Assembly (NCBI RefSeq): GCF_000013905.1 | Contig: NC_007969.1 | Span: forward strand, 1,980,001-2,012,000 | Source: Psychrobacter cryohalolentis K5 | GTDB lineage: Bacteria > Pseudomonadota > Gammaproteobacteria > Pseudomonadales > Moraxellaceae | DNA: 32,000 nt | Direction: 5' to 3' | Shown here: piece by piece, positions 1 to 8,823 of the stretch | How the letters are laid out: each line of letters opens with the position of its first letter | Numbering within the stretch: position 1 is the first letter of the stretch | Program-made: the position numbers and the translations under genes | Notes under the pieces: generated by a model | The model's input: only the letters and a program-made list of their open reading frames with translations | The model's database searches: none | Told to the model about the DNA's origin: nothing

Positions 1-3000
1 TGTTGGATCTTACTGCCTTTATATATAGAGGTATCGTTTAGACTGGCCTCAAGCACCCTCACCTGTTCTCTTTCGATATAATCAAAGTTCGCTGATTGAT
101 CTTTCAAGAAATTTTGAGTGTTATCATATATTTCTCTTTGAGAACCATTCATAAAATTGTAAATAGGATCTATCAGCTGCTCTTTGATCTTCAGAAGCTC
201 ATCTTCAATATCTTCGTTAAGGTCAGTTAAAAACCATGCGTAGGATGATTTTGAAAGCTTTTTGATTTGCTGAATAGCGGGATCTAATGCACTCAAGAAA
301 GGATATCGTGCGGACTGTGCATACCAACCCTCCAAATCTTGTAACATCTCTTTGAATGCATCAATCGTTTCATTGCCTAGTGCTTTTGCCTCATTATTAC
401 TAGCAGGCTTAGCAAAAAAGTCTTCATAAAACTCTTTGAGATGACGAACTTGTGACGAAGAAAATTCAACTTGGGGCTCTAATACCAGGTTGCTTTGACG
501 TTGACTATTTACTAAAGCGCGCGCAAGCTCACTGTCCTCTAATATGTTGCCATCCATTCGAACTTCGACTTTGCCATTTACACATAGCTTTGCAAGGGTG
601 CTGAGCACAGCTGCGTATGACCATCCGTATGGTTTTTTTTCAAACTGTTCTAACAACCCTTTTACTGTCGTCCGTATAGCCGCACTAGCATTTCTTTGGA
701 TAAAAGATAATACATCACGCTCTGGCTCGGCTAATGTAGATATATCGGCACCCAACATGTCTTGTTGGGTAGAGTCGAGAATCTTGGCAACATCAGCCTC
801 TGTGTAAGATGCATCGCGTAGCATACGTAGATGAGGGTATGATCTAGAAACAAGCTCATTGAAGCCTTTCTCAATACGTAATTGAGCGTCTTCTGAGCTA
901 ACATTTAGCTCCGTACCTGCTACGAGTAGTTTTGCCTGACTCATGAGACTTTTTATTCGCTGTAGCAACTCGGCCTGACGCTTAGTATTTTGTTGTCCTT
1001 TCTCGCCTAAGATACGTTTTACTGTCTCTTGCTGAGCAATAGAATAATTTTGTCTGACATATTTCTCTGTACGTTTGTACATCGTTATATCACTCATCAA
1101 GCGAGAATCGGCTGGCAAGATTACAAATAATTCATCGCTAGAAAAGTTAGATTTATTAGACATCATCTCTTCATTTTCAGCATGCTCATAAAATGGGCTG
1201 ATGACATTGATACCTATCTCGTATTCACGACCATATAACTTATCATCAAGCTTTCGTGAAAAAGAATAGTCTTGTCCTTGGCTACCTGATGCGCCGCTAC
1301 TGTAACGAATCTTGCGACTTTTAATCACTTGATCAAAGATTATGCTTTCAAGCTCACTAGCCACATCAGCTGCTTCTACTTCCGTATTTTTTATCTCTTC
1401 TTCAATATCTTTTTCTTCGTCCGTCAAATACTCGTACATATCTCCTGTACGTTGTACGTAGGTCTCGTCTTCTAGTAGATTAAGCGCCTCTTCAACACGC
1501 TGACGGAGTATAGCTACATCCTCACCAAAGCTACTCAGCATTAAGACACATATATTACGAATTGTTGATTTGAATCCATCAACATATTTCACTAAAAACA
1601 AGGCTTTTAATACCTGCACTGCAAATTTGTTATCTAAATGGGTTTCTGCATTGATGACAGCTCGTTGGATGTTGGACTTCAATGCGGTACGAATACCTTC
1701 AAACATTAAATCAAAAGTTGCTAGCTGACCTATGTCATGATCACCTACTTTTATTGCTACTTGTTGAAACACACCCAACATCGAACGCTCACCAACTGAG
1801 CTATGCTTACCCTCAAAAGCATTATGTAAGGATAGATCAGCAATTGCAGACTGAAACAAGCTGAACTGGTAAGGGATGAATGGATAGCTGTTTATAAAGT
1901 GTTCTTTGTCTTTAAAATTTCTATATGTCTGTGATCCATCAGCAAAATCAAACAGCGTTTTGAAATTGTTTGACTGATTATCATATATGCCTGATAACAA
2001 CTGAGCGCCTTCATCAGTCTTAACGAGAAGTCGCTTTTGAATAACCTCTGCTACGTTGGCACTGGTTAGCTTCATCCGGTTAGCAAAGCGAGCTTGAATT
2101 TTTGAAAAGTCATTACTTTGTTGCTTGCCCATCTCACCAACAACAGTTCCCATATCTTCTTGAGCGGTCACAATAATCCAAGAACGCCCACGAGATTTGG
2201 TCGCTAAGCTCTCAGCGATCGTCTGAAGGTTGGTCATAAGCTTAACGTTTTCAGCTATATATTGCCCCACCTCATCAACAAAGAAGTTTAGACGAAACTC
2301 AGTGTAGCCATGTTCTTTAATCTGACGCTCAATATAGTCATCAACTTGAGAAGCAAAATCTTCAATCGATACATGATACTGACTACGGTATTTATCTAAA
2401 ATACCAATAGCTAGTGCCTGATCTTCTCCAGTAACCTGACTATAAGCTTGAGCAATATTCTTTGCTTCAAGTATTGCCTGCTCACGTCCTTTTTCCCAAG
2501 GCTTATTAGCGATGGATTCATACGCCTCTTTGAAGCTACCATAAAGTTTTCGACTATCGAGATCACGTTCAAACTGAGCAATATGACCTTGCTTACCGTA
2601 GTAGCCACACATTTCATCGAAGACTTTAACAAATACTGCCAATAAAGCATCAACCTGTGTCTTACTAATGACGTCTGCTTTTTGATCAATATTAAACAAA
2701 ATGCTTTTAGAGGGAATCGCAACCGCGTTTTTGATACCAGAGCTCAATACATCATTGTCACCACATTTAGGTAAGAATAACTCCAGTGCTGATGTGCTAT
2801 CTATTTGACGATTCTCAAGTAATAGCGCCAACATTTTTAATAAGTGAGATTTTCCCGAACCAAAAAATCCAGAAAGCCAGACACCATTAGCAACCTGATA
2901 GTCATTGTAAGCATCGAAAAATGATATTAGACGATTTTCTACTTCATCTGTTAATACATACTCTTCTAACTCTAGGCGTAGGCTGGCTTCATCATCAGCT

Positions 3001-3062
3001 TTAATTACACCTTCAATTGGACGATTTACTGGTTTTTGAAATATTGTTTTAAGGGCAGTCAT
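1..3062 (-). CDS. brxC: BREX ATPase BrxC/PglY, N-terminal ~1020 codons (3' end runs off the left window edge)
   Basis: Uninterrupted minus-strand frame from the ATG at 3062-3060 to position 1. It is missing from the ORF track only because no stop lies inside the window. Hand translation starts MTALKTIFQKPVNRPIEGVIKADDEASLRLELEEY and contains the P-loop GFFGSGKSHL, encoded at 2841-2870. It follows brxA-brxB with a 10-nt gap, and other frames hold only short ORFs. Confidence 0.88.
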   Translation of the reverse strand, partial: MTALKTIFQKPVNRPIEGVIKADDEASLRLELEEYVLTDEVENRLISFFDAYNDYQVANGVWLSGFFGSGKSHLLKMLALLLENRQIDSTSALELFLPKCGDNDVLSSGIKNAVAIPSKSILFNIDQKADVISKTQVDALLAVFVKVFDEMCGYYGKQGHIAQFERDLDSRKLYGSFKEAYESIANKPWEKGREQAILEAKNIAQAYSQVTGEDQALAIGILDKYRSQYHVSIEDFASQVDDYIERQIKEHGYTEFRLNFFVDEVGQYIAENVKLMTNLQTIAESLATKSRGRSWIIVTAQEDMGTVVGEMGKQQSNDFSKIQARFANRMKLTSANVAEVIQKRLLVKTDEGAQLLSGIYDNQSNNFKTLFDFADGSQTYRNFKDKEHFINSYPFIPYQFSLFQSAIADLSLHNAFEGKHSSVGERSMLGVFQQVAIKVGDHDIGQLATFDLMFEGIRTALKSNIQRAVINAETHLDNKFAVQVLKALFLVKYVDGFKSTIRNICVLMLSSFGEDVAILRQRVEEALNLLEDETYVQRTGDMYEYLTDEEKDIEEEIKNTEVEAADVASELESIIFDQVIKSRKIRYSSGASGSQGQDYSFSRKLDDKLYGREYEIGINVISPFYEHAENEEMMSNKSNFSSDELFVILPADSRLMSDITMYKRTEKYVRQNYSIAQQETVKRILGEKGQQNTKRQAELLQRIKSLMSQAKLLVAGTELNVSSEDAQLRIEKGFNELVSRSYPHLRMLRDASYTEADVAKILDSTQQDMLGADISTLAEPERDVLSFIQRNASAAIRTTVKGLLEQFEKKPYGWSYAAVLSTLAKLCVNGKVEVRMDGNILEDSELARALVNSQRQSNLVLEPQVEFSSSQVRHLKEFYEDFFAKPASNNEAKALGNETIDAFKEMLQDLEGWYAQSARYPFLSALDPAIQQIKKLSKSSYAWFLTDLNEDIEDELLKIKEQLIDPIYNFMNGSQREIYDNTQNFLKDQSANFDYIEREQVRVLEASLNDTSIYKGSKIQ

Positions 3063-3072
3063 ATCTGTCTCA

Positions 3073-3684
3073 TTATGCTTCACAGTGATAAATATTAAAT
3101 GCTCGATAGTATTTGTCATCATGCAGTCTGCCAAATAAATCAAGCGATGCGCCAGACTCTAAAGAATGAGTGTAGGCTCCTGGAAAAAAGATAACGGTTG
3201 GTTTTTCTTTGGCTGTACTTTGTAAGTTATTCAAAACGTTATGCGAACGTATATACGGGAAAACCTCACCAACACCTGATAGAAAAAGAACATCGTATTC
3301 TGTACTACTTAGCTTGCTGGCAATCGCTGGTGCCAAATGAGACTCAGGATCTAAGACTCCTTGAAGCAACTCTTTCAGCTGTTCTTTGTCAATCTGCTGT
3401 TCCACTTCTAGTATCTGATCAAAAATCTCGCGCTCTTTAAGTAGCTCTATAGACAGATCATACAAATTTATAGCCAAGATATTGATACCATTTTTCTGTA
3501 ACTGCTTAGTTAATTGGTCTTCAAGACGTAGCATCTCGTTTGATTCTTCAGGCCTAAAAGGACAAATGAAAAATGGAACCTCATTCCCTAGACCTTGCAT
3601 CTTAAGGAAATGCTCACTTGAAATGACAGAAAAAAGATGGTCATAACTTTTTTTATCACATGCTTGTACGTTGCTCATAGTCAT
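3073..3684 (-). CDS. brxB: BREX protein BrxB (DUF1788-like)
   Basis: 203-aa ORF. Its size, its position between brxA and brxC, and sequence stretches (FFICPFRPEE, VLFLSGVGEVFPYIRSH, IFFPGAY) fit my memory of the DUF1788/BrxB family. Confidence 0.82.
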   Translation of the reverse strand: MTMSNVQACDKKSYDHLFSVISSEHFLKMQGLGNEVPFFICPFRPEESNEMLRLEDQLTKQLQKNGINILAINLYDLSIELLKEREIFDQILEVEQQIDKEQLKELLQGVLDPESHLAPAIASKLSSTEYDVLFLSGVGEVFPYIRSHNVLNNLQSTAKEKPTVIFFPGAYTHSLESGASLDLFGRLHDDKYYRAFNIYHCEA

Positions 3685-3696
3685 GACAGCACTCCC

Positions 3697-4296
3697 TTAT
3701 ATTGCATTTTCAGAAATCGTGAAGTATTTGATATCTCTACTACCATTACGCTTTATCGTTTCTATTAGCCTTGAGCTCAACATAGTGGCTTGAATATTAT
3801 TTTTTCTGTCTAAGAAATTGGCATCTCGAAGCATTTTAAATAACACCTGTCTAAGCTTTTTTCTCGTACTTATACTTAAACTATCAAGCTCACTATGCCA
3901 GTCACACTTTCTATTCAGAAACGTATCAAAATCTGAGTGTTGAAGATCTGGTTTGAAAGTGATAAAACGCTCTCGTAGCACTTCAGTAGCAAAATCAGCA
4001 ATGAAGTGATAATAACGACAAATTGCAATCCACAGTATATAGGCTTGTTCTTGGCGCTCAGACTCTATAAGTAACGTAAGCTCATCAATATTAAGTGTTC
4101 TCAAGCGAGCTATAATTTCATGGCTCAGCCTTTTAAGTGTACTTAATGCTCTAGATTGAAGTAAATTCTCAGCAATCACTTTATCTTTCACTAAATCCCA
4201 GTCGCCTAATTCAAGATATAACTTGGCTATCGTTACTGACTCTGGCTGTAGCAGCGCACCAGCTGTAAATGACATATTGTATTTTTGGCTATTCAT
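3697..4296 (-). CDS. brxA: BREX protein BrxA (DUF1819-like)
   Basis: 199-aa ORF, first gene of the brxA-brxB-brxC series, with a 12-nt gap to brxB. Size and helical character are typical of BrxA. Confidence 0.8.
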   Translation of the reverse strand: MNSQKYNMSFTAGALLQPESVTIAKLYLELGDWDLVKDKVIAENLLQSRALSTLKRLSHEIIARLRTLNIDELTLLIESERQEQAYILWIAICRYYHFIADFATEVLRERFITFKPDLQHSDFDTFLNRKCDWHSELDSLSISTRKKLRQVLFKMLRDANFLDRKNNIQATMLSSRLIETIKRNGSRDIKYFTISENAI

Positions 4297-4313
4297 CTAT
4301 TTTTAACCTGCTT

Positions 4314-4353
4314 AAAAAAACGCTTAACCTGCATTTAGAGGTTGAACGTTTTT
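4314..4353 (-). promoter_or_regulatory. Imperfect hairpin followed by a T-run on the minus strand, 17 nt upstream of the brxA ATG (insulating terminator or leader structure)
   Basis: The minus strand reads aaaaacgttcaacctctaaatgcaggttaagcgttttttt. The outer arms aaaacg/cgtttt and inner arms aacct/aggtt pair. Confidence 0.4.
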
Positions 4354-4505
4354 GATAATGCTTATTGTTTATTGCTATAAAGTAACGCAGGCCAGTATTG
4401 TACATGGTTCTGTATATTGCTTAAACATTATGTATATAATTGAGGTATGCTGAAGAAACTGTAGAGCTAAACTTAGTAAACTAAGAACTCGACAAAGAGT
4501 TTACC

Positions 4506-4700
4506 ATCACAAAGAAAATTAGAACTTATAGTACAGAATTTAAAGCAGAAGCCGTTAAGAAGATAGTGGACAATAACGGTAATATTTCAGCGACTTCAGA
4601 ACAGCTAAGCACAGCCATGTAAACGTTATCCAACTGGCATAACCAAGCCAATCAAGACAAGCTTGTCGGTACGGAACAATATGATCCGCTTATGGCGGCT
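4506..4700 (+). pseudogene. Remnant of an IS3-family transposase orfA (HTH part only)
   Basis: The frame reads I-TKKIRTYSTEFKAEAVKKIVDNNGNISATSEQLSTAM*TLSNWHNQANQDKLVGTEQYDPLMAAL. It has ATC where the ATG is expected (4506-4508) and an in-frame TAA at 4620-4622. No orfB and no terminal inverted repeats are visible. Confidence 0.7.
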
Positions 4701-4714
4701 CTTCTGTTATCTGT

Positions 4715-5413
4715 TTAATAAGCGTACTGATCACAGCTAGGTTGATCGCCATTATCACAAGCTTTACTATACCAATCTCTTGACTGCTTTTTATCTTGAA
4801 GAACACCTCTGCCCTCAAAGTACATTAAACCAAGACTATTTTGAGCTAAGGCATATCCTTGATTGGCCGCCTTCAAATACCATTTGGCTGCTTTTACGTT
4901 ATCCTTACTAACGCCAGCACCTTTTTCGTACATATCACCGATATTATTTTGAGCCCCAGCATCTCCTTGATAGGCAGCTTTTAAATACCAATCCATTGCC
5001 TGATCATAATCCTTTTTAATGCCTCTACCGTTATGATACATCCATCCAAGATTGTACTGCGCATCACCATACCCTTGATCAGCAGCTTTCCTGTACCATT
5101 CAACTGCTTTAACAGAGTCTTGACTAACGCCGTCAGCGTGCTCGTACATCCACCCAATATTAAATTGAGCCGATGCATTGCCTTGTTCTGCTGCCTTCTG
5201 ATACCACTCAAATGCTTTAGCAGTGTCTTGAGCAATACCACTACCTTCGTCGTACATCACACCAAGGTTGAATTGAGCTGATGCCCTCCCTTGATTAGCT
5301 TGTACACTCGTCGTAGTAAAGTCTGCTGCAACAACAGGTACTTCAAGCCCTACTAACAAGCCTAAAACTATTAACCTGTAAAGAAACATCTGCCTTAGCG
5401 TTTGTAGATTCAT
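4715..5413 (-). CDS. Secreted Sel1-like repeat (SLR/TPR-family) protein
   Basis: N-terminal signal peptide (LIVLGLLVGLEVPVVAA/DF) followed by five tandem ~36-aa repeats of the form AxAQxNLGxMYxxGxGVxxDxxKAxxWYxKAAxQG. Confidence 0.88.
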   Translation of the reverse strand: MNLQTLRQMFLYRLIVLGLLVGLEVPVVAADFTTTSVQANQGRASAQFNLGVMYDEGSGIAQDTAKAFEWYQKAAEQGNASAQFNIGWMYEHADGVSQDSVKAVEWYRKAADQGYGDAQYNLGWMYHNGRGIKKDYDQAMDWYLKAAYQGDAGAQNNIGDMYEKGAGVSKDNVKAAKWYLKAANQGYALAQNSLGLMYFEGRGVLQDKKQSRDWYSKACDNGDQPSCDQYAY

Positions 5414-5425
5414 ATTTATTCCTTT

Positions 5426-6505
5426 TCAACTATCCAATATCTGGTCTGCTAAATAATCTGGCACACCTAAGAAGTATCCCTTCATCGTCATCCGATCAAA
5501 GCTATAAATATGAGCGTGAGGCGCTTCTTTACAGCGCCCTACCAACGGCGGCATTTGATCTGGCTTACCGTTAGCAAGCTCTATCAATCCTGAGCAAATT
5601 GGACAAGTTGCAGTAAACTCTGTGACTCTCGCTACATTCAGCCTATCTTTATCCCAATACATCTCAATATCCGCATTAACGACATTAATATTTGCAAAGA
5701 ACATAGGCGCTTTAATAACACGGTAATAAGGCAGTCTATATAACGGCACAAAGAAATATCGCCAATTAAGGTAAGCCAAAGGAATGAATGCCACAAAAAT
5801 TATGGCTTGCCAAAGCTTAAAATTTGGCAAATCGCTTAGTAATAAGATAACGAGTAACGAAAATATAGCAATAAGGATATCTACTAAAAAACTCAGCATC
5901 AGCAGAATCATTAGCAAAACGCCTCGAAAGCTTAAGATCTTTAGCTCACCCTTTTTGAAGAAAAGACGAGTGAATAAAGATGGCTTAATCTCAGAAGTCG
6001 CTTTGCGCTCATAAGTAATACTACTTAAATCCTCATCATCCTCATCATCCTTATCAGACTCAAAGACAGCAGATCCAGCTATCTGCTCTTCATCTACTTC
6101 CTCATTTTCAATAGCTTTAATGCTCATCCATACTAGGGTTCTGTTCTTAGCACCACCCTCTGACACAGATGAGATCACTTCTGGCAAATAACCTATATCA
6201 TTAAACGCCTGTTCACAGTCTGGTTGTGACTCAATAAACCTTATTAACTCTACATTTAATCTATCCGTTTTTATTTTGTTTTTAGCAATTTCACTGCTCA
6301 CAGTATTTTCATTTACGCCTCTAGCTTTGGCGTAAATAACTTGCCTCGATAACTTCTCAGGCTCAAAATCTTCGTCCGAATATTTCAGTTTGTTGAGCTG
6401 TGCGTCAACTATTATTCTTAGACAATGATCATAAAAAGTATTTCTTGGGAAATTAAGTAATTGTTTCTTGAGCTCTTCAAAGACATCTAAGTGTATGTTT
6501 TTCAT
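5426..6505 (-). CDS. Hypothetical membrane protein: soluble N-domain, acidic linker, 2 TM helices, C-terminal zinc-ribbon-like domain
   Basis: 359-aa ORF with a 12-nt gap to the Sel1 gene downstream. It has a DE-rich stretch DKDDEDDEDL and hydrophobic helices VLLMILLMLSFLVDILIAIFSLLVILLL and AIIFVAFIPLAYLNW. The C-terminal motif is CPIC-x20-C-x4-H-x-H. I recognise no family. Confidence 0.75.
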   Translation of the reverse strand: MKNIHLDVFEELKKQLLNFPRNTFYDHCLRIIVDAQLNKLKYSDEDFEPEKLSRQVIYAKARGVNENTVSSEIAKNKIKTDRLNVELIRFIESQPDCEQAFNDIGYLPEVISSVSEGGAKNRTLVWMSIKAIENEEVDEEQIAGSAVFESDKDDEDDEDLSSITYERKATSEIKPSLFTRLFFKKGELKILSFRGVLLMILLMLSFLVDILIAIFSLLVILLLSDLPNFKLWQAIIFVAFIPLAYLNWRYFFVPLYRLPYYRVIKAPMFFANINVVNADIEMYWDKDRLNVARVTEFTATCPICSGLIELANGKPDQMPPLVGRCKEAPHAHIYSFDRMTMKGYFLGVPDYLADQILDS

Positions 6506-6607
6506 AGGTAAGTACCGATTAAGACCCTATTATACCCCCAATAGCAGTCTGTTTTAGAGGCAGAATTCTTCTCATAATTACCTCACTCTTAACCAACTAA
6601 CAAGAGG

Positions 6608-7513
6608 ATGGTAACTATGTCAATGTCAATCGCTGTTAATGAGCAAAAGCAAATCGTCAATGTTAAGCAAGTCGAGCGAGGGCTGGCTTGTATGTGTTTT
6701 TGCTTTGAATGTGGTGAGCCTGTAGTGGCTCGTAAGGGTGACAAGAATGAGCATCATTTTGCGCATCTTAACAATAAAGAAAGCTGCACTATTCACCCTG
6801 AAAGCATCCTACACAAGTTTGCTAAGCAAGTCATTATGCAAGAGAGGTATTTAACGCTACCATCCCTACCTGATGATGAAAATAGCGAGGATAAAACTTG
6901 GGAGTTTGACCACCTAATCGAAGAGCAAGCTGTTAGCTGTATTCGACCGGATATAGTCGCAACGGTAGACGGGGAAATGATGTTTATTGAAGTTGCTGTG
7001 ACTTCTTTCATCGATACTGATAAATCAGATTTTATTAAGCAATTGGGTATCAAGACCGTTGAAATCGATTTGAGGGAAATCATCGCACAAGGTATTGAGT
7101 TGCCGAGTGAGGAAGCAAAGGTTCATATTTTAGACTGTGCCAGTAATAAACGGTGGATATTCCCAGCACCGAAATCTTTAACAATACCAGTAGCCCCTAC
7201 ACCATTACCTGAGCCTCTCTATAATTGCCAGAGCAGCACTGATGAGAATAGCAATGGAAGCTTTGACAAAGGCTATACGATCTATCGCTTTACCATCAAT
7301 CATGCTTGGGTCGACGTCAGAGTCTTTAATTCAGGCATGGTATCTATTAAGTGTGTGACCTACAACCATGATGTTATTGAAATACTAAAGCAATGGCGTA
7401 ACGAAGGCGGTGGTCAGTACAATCAAAAATATAAGTCATGGAATTACTTCAAACCATTTTCAGACACCGTCTTTCAGCGACTGCAAGAAATGGACATGAC
7501 CCCTACTGCTTAA
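6608..7513 (+). CDS. CoiA-like protein (N-terminal zinc finger + PD-(D/E)xK-type nuclease core)
   Basis: CFCFECGEPVVARKGDKNEHHFAH...C and ESILHKFAKQVI followed by IRPDIVATVDGEMMFIEVAVTS resemble the competence-protein CoiA family layout. The true start may be the ATG at 6617, 8 nt after AGAGGA. Confidence 0.65.
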   Translation: MVTMSMSIAVNEQKQIVNVKQVERGLACMCFCFECGEPVVARKGDKNEHHFAHLNNKESCTIHPESILHKFAKQVIMQERYLTLPSLPDDENSEDKTWEFDHLIEEQAVSCIRPDIVATVDGEMMFIEVAVTSFIDTDKSDFIKQLGIKTVEIDLREIIAQGIELPSEEAKVHILDCASNKRWIFPAPKSLTIPVAPTPLPEPLYNCQSSTDENSNGSFDKGYTIYRFTINHAWVDVRVFNSGMVSIKCVTYNHDVIEILKQWRNEGGGQYNQKYKSWNYFKPFSDTVFQRLQEMDMTPTA

Positions 7514-7548
7514 ATATGATTCTATTTGATAATACGGAGAATAAAACT

Positions 7549-8085
7549 ATGACACTCACTACTATGCTACTAATTACAATACTGCTGATATTAGCCATGC
7601 TTGTATGGGCTATACAACGGATACAATTACAAAATAAGGCTTTGCTACAAAGTGAACGAGATGTTGCGCAAATTAGGAACGATATGCTCGAAAGAGAAGC
7701 AGGCTTTCAACAGCAATTAGCAAAAGACATTAAAGAGGCTCAAAAGCGTTCCAACAATATGCAGCGCAATGTGCTAAAAGGTCAAATTGGCGAACAGTTC
7801 ACGCCCTTTATTACTGACTTTCCTTACAACCCTTCAGACTGCCGATTCATGGGTGAACCGATTGACTACGTCATCTTCCAAAACTTGCATGAATGCGCCG
7901 ATGGCAACGTGCCTATCGAGGACGTGCATCTCATTATTGCAGAAGTTAAAACAGGGAATGCTAGGCTAAACCAACGGCAGAAGATTATTAAACAAGTAAT
8001 CGAAAATGGGCAGGTTAGCTTTAAAGAGCTTAGGATAAAACACTGTGAAGATACGGAAGATATGCGTGTGAATGTTAGTGCCTAG
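7549..8085 (+). CDS. Membrane-anchored endonuclease related to archaeal Holliday-junction resolvase (COG4741 / Endonuc_Holl-like)
   Basis: I chose the ATG at 7549, preceded by ACGGAGA, instead of the track start at 7438, which overlaps the upstream gene. The protein has an N-terminal TM (MTLTTMLLITILLILAMLVWAI) and a coiled-coil segment. It continues GEQFTPFITDFPYNPSDCRFMGEPIDYVIF...IIAEVKTGNARLNQRQK, which matches that family as I remember it. Confidence 0.75.
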   Translation: MTLTTMLLITILLILAMLVWAIQRIQLQNKALLQSERDVAQIRNDMLEREAGFQQQLAKDIKEAQKRSNNMQRNVLKGQIGEQFTPFITDFPYNPSDCRFMGEPIDYVIFQNLHECADGNVPIEDVHLIIAEVKTGNARLNQRQKIIKQVIENGQVSFKELRIKHCEDTEDMRVNVSA

Positions 8086-8239
8086 TTCAGTCTTTCTATT
8101 CACTCCAACCTTTATATATACAGTCTCTATAATCTTCTTAAAACATATTTACTGGAAAAATAAAGACCATTCATTAATCTCTAGGGAGACACTTAAGTAA
8201 TTGTTTTATATAGATATTTAATGATAAAAATTCCATTAA

Positions 8240-8268
8240 TAGTCTTTTTTAATGAAAAGACTATTTTT
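8240..8268 (+). terminator. Rho-independent terminator after the Hjc-like gene
   Basis: tagtctttt-ttaatg-aaaagacta forms a 9-bp stem followed by ttttt. Confidence 0.6.
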
Positions 8269-8823
8269 GCAACAGCATTAATCCTAAATAAAACACGATA
8301 CATTCTTAGTCAAAATGTATTAATCATAGAAGCATGACAGTTGCAAGTATATGACATTCATTACCAGCAAATTCAATTTCATATAAAGGGGATTTTCATC
8401 AATGATATATATAGGGGCTATTTAAATAGTACAAACAATCGTATAAAGTTATCCAAGGTAGAAGCTGAAAATTTATCATACTTCAATAAAATTAAACGAC
8501 CAGCGCTAGATCTTATATCAAATCAAATACATGTTGAGTTGTTGGAAAAACCAGCACGTGAACAGTTATCTATCTCAAAGTCAGCTTAGTGACCTAATAC
8601 TAAGGATTTCTATCTAACTCCGAGCATTCTACTATTAACTTGTCAGATTCTTATCTACAAGTTAATACATCTGAAACACCCTACAAAAACTCTTTCCAAG
8701 ATTATATTGAGCTATTGCAAGTATTATAACAAAGTGAACCTTAATACACTCAATAATACTACATGTACATTAATATGATATATTATCATGGAAACCACAA
8801 TATTTTGTTAAAAGTGACTTAAT

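Noticed and set aside
544-2722. Short ORFs 544-807(+), 1682-1864(+), 2411-2722(-) and 2448-2645(+)
   Set aside because: All lie inside the continuous brxC reading frame, either antisense or out of frame, and are low-complexity shadows.
4981-5281. ORFs 4981-5241(-) and 5033-5281(+) inside the Sel1 gene
   Set aside because: These are alternative-frame or antisense shadows of the repetitive Sel1 coding sequence.
7438-7548. N-terminal extension of the track ORF 7438-8085
   Set aside because: It would overlap the CoiA-like gene by 76 nt and has no ribosome-binding site. The ATG at 7549 follows ACGGAGA and starts directly with a TM helix.
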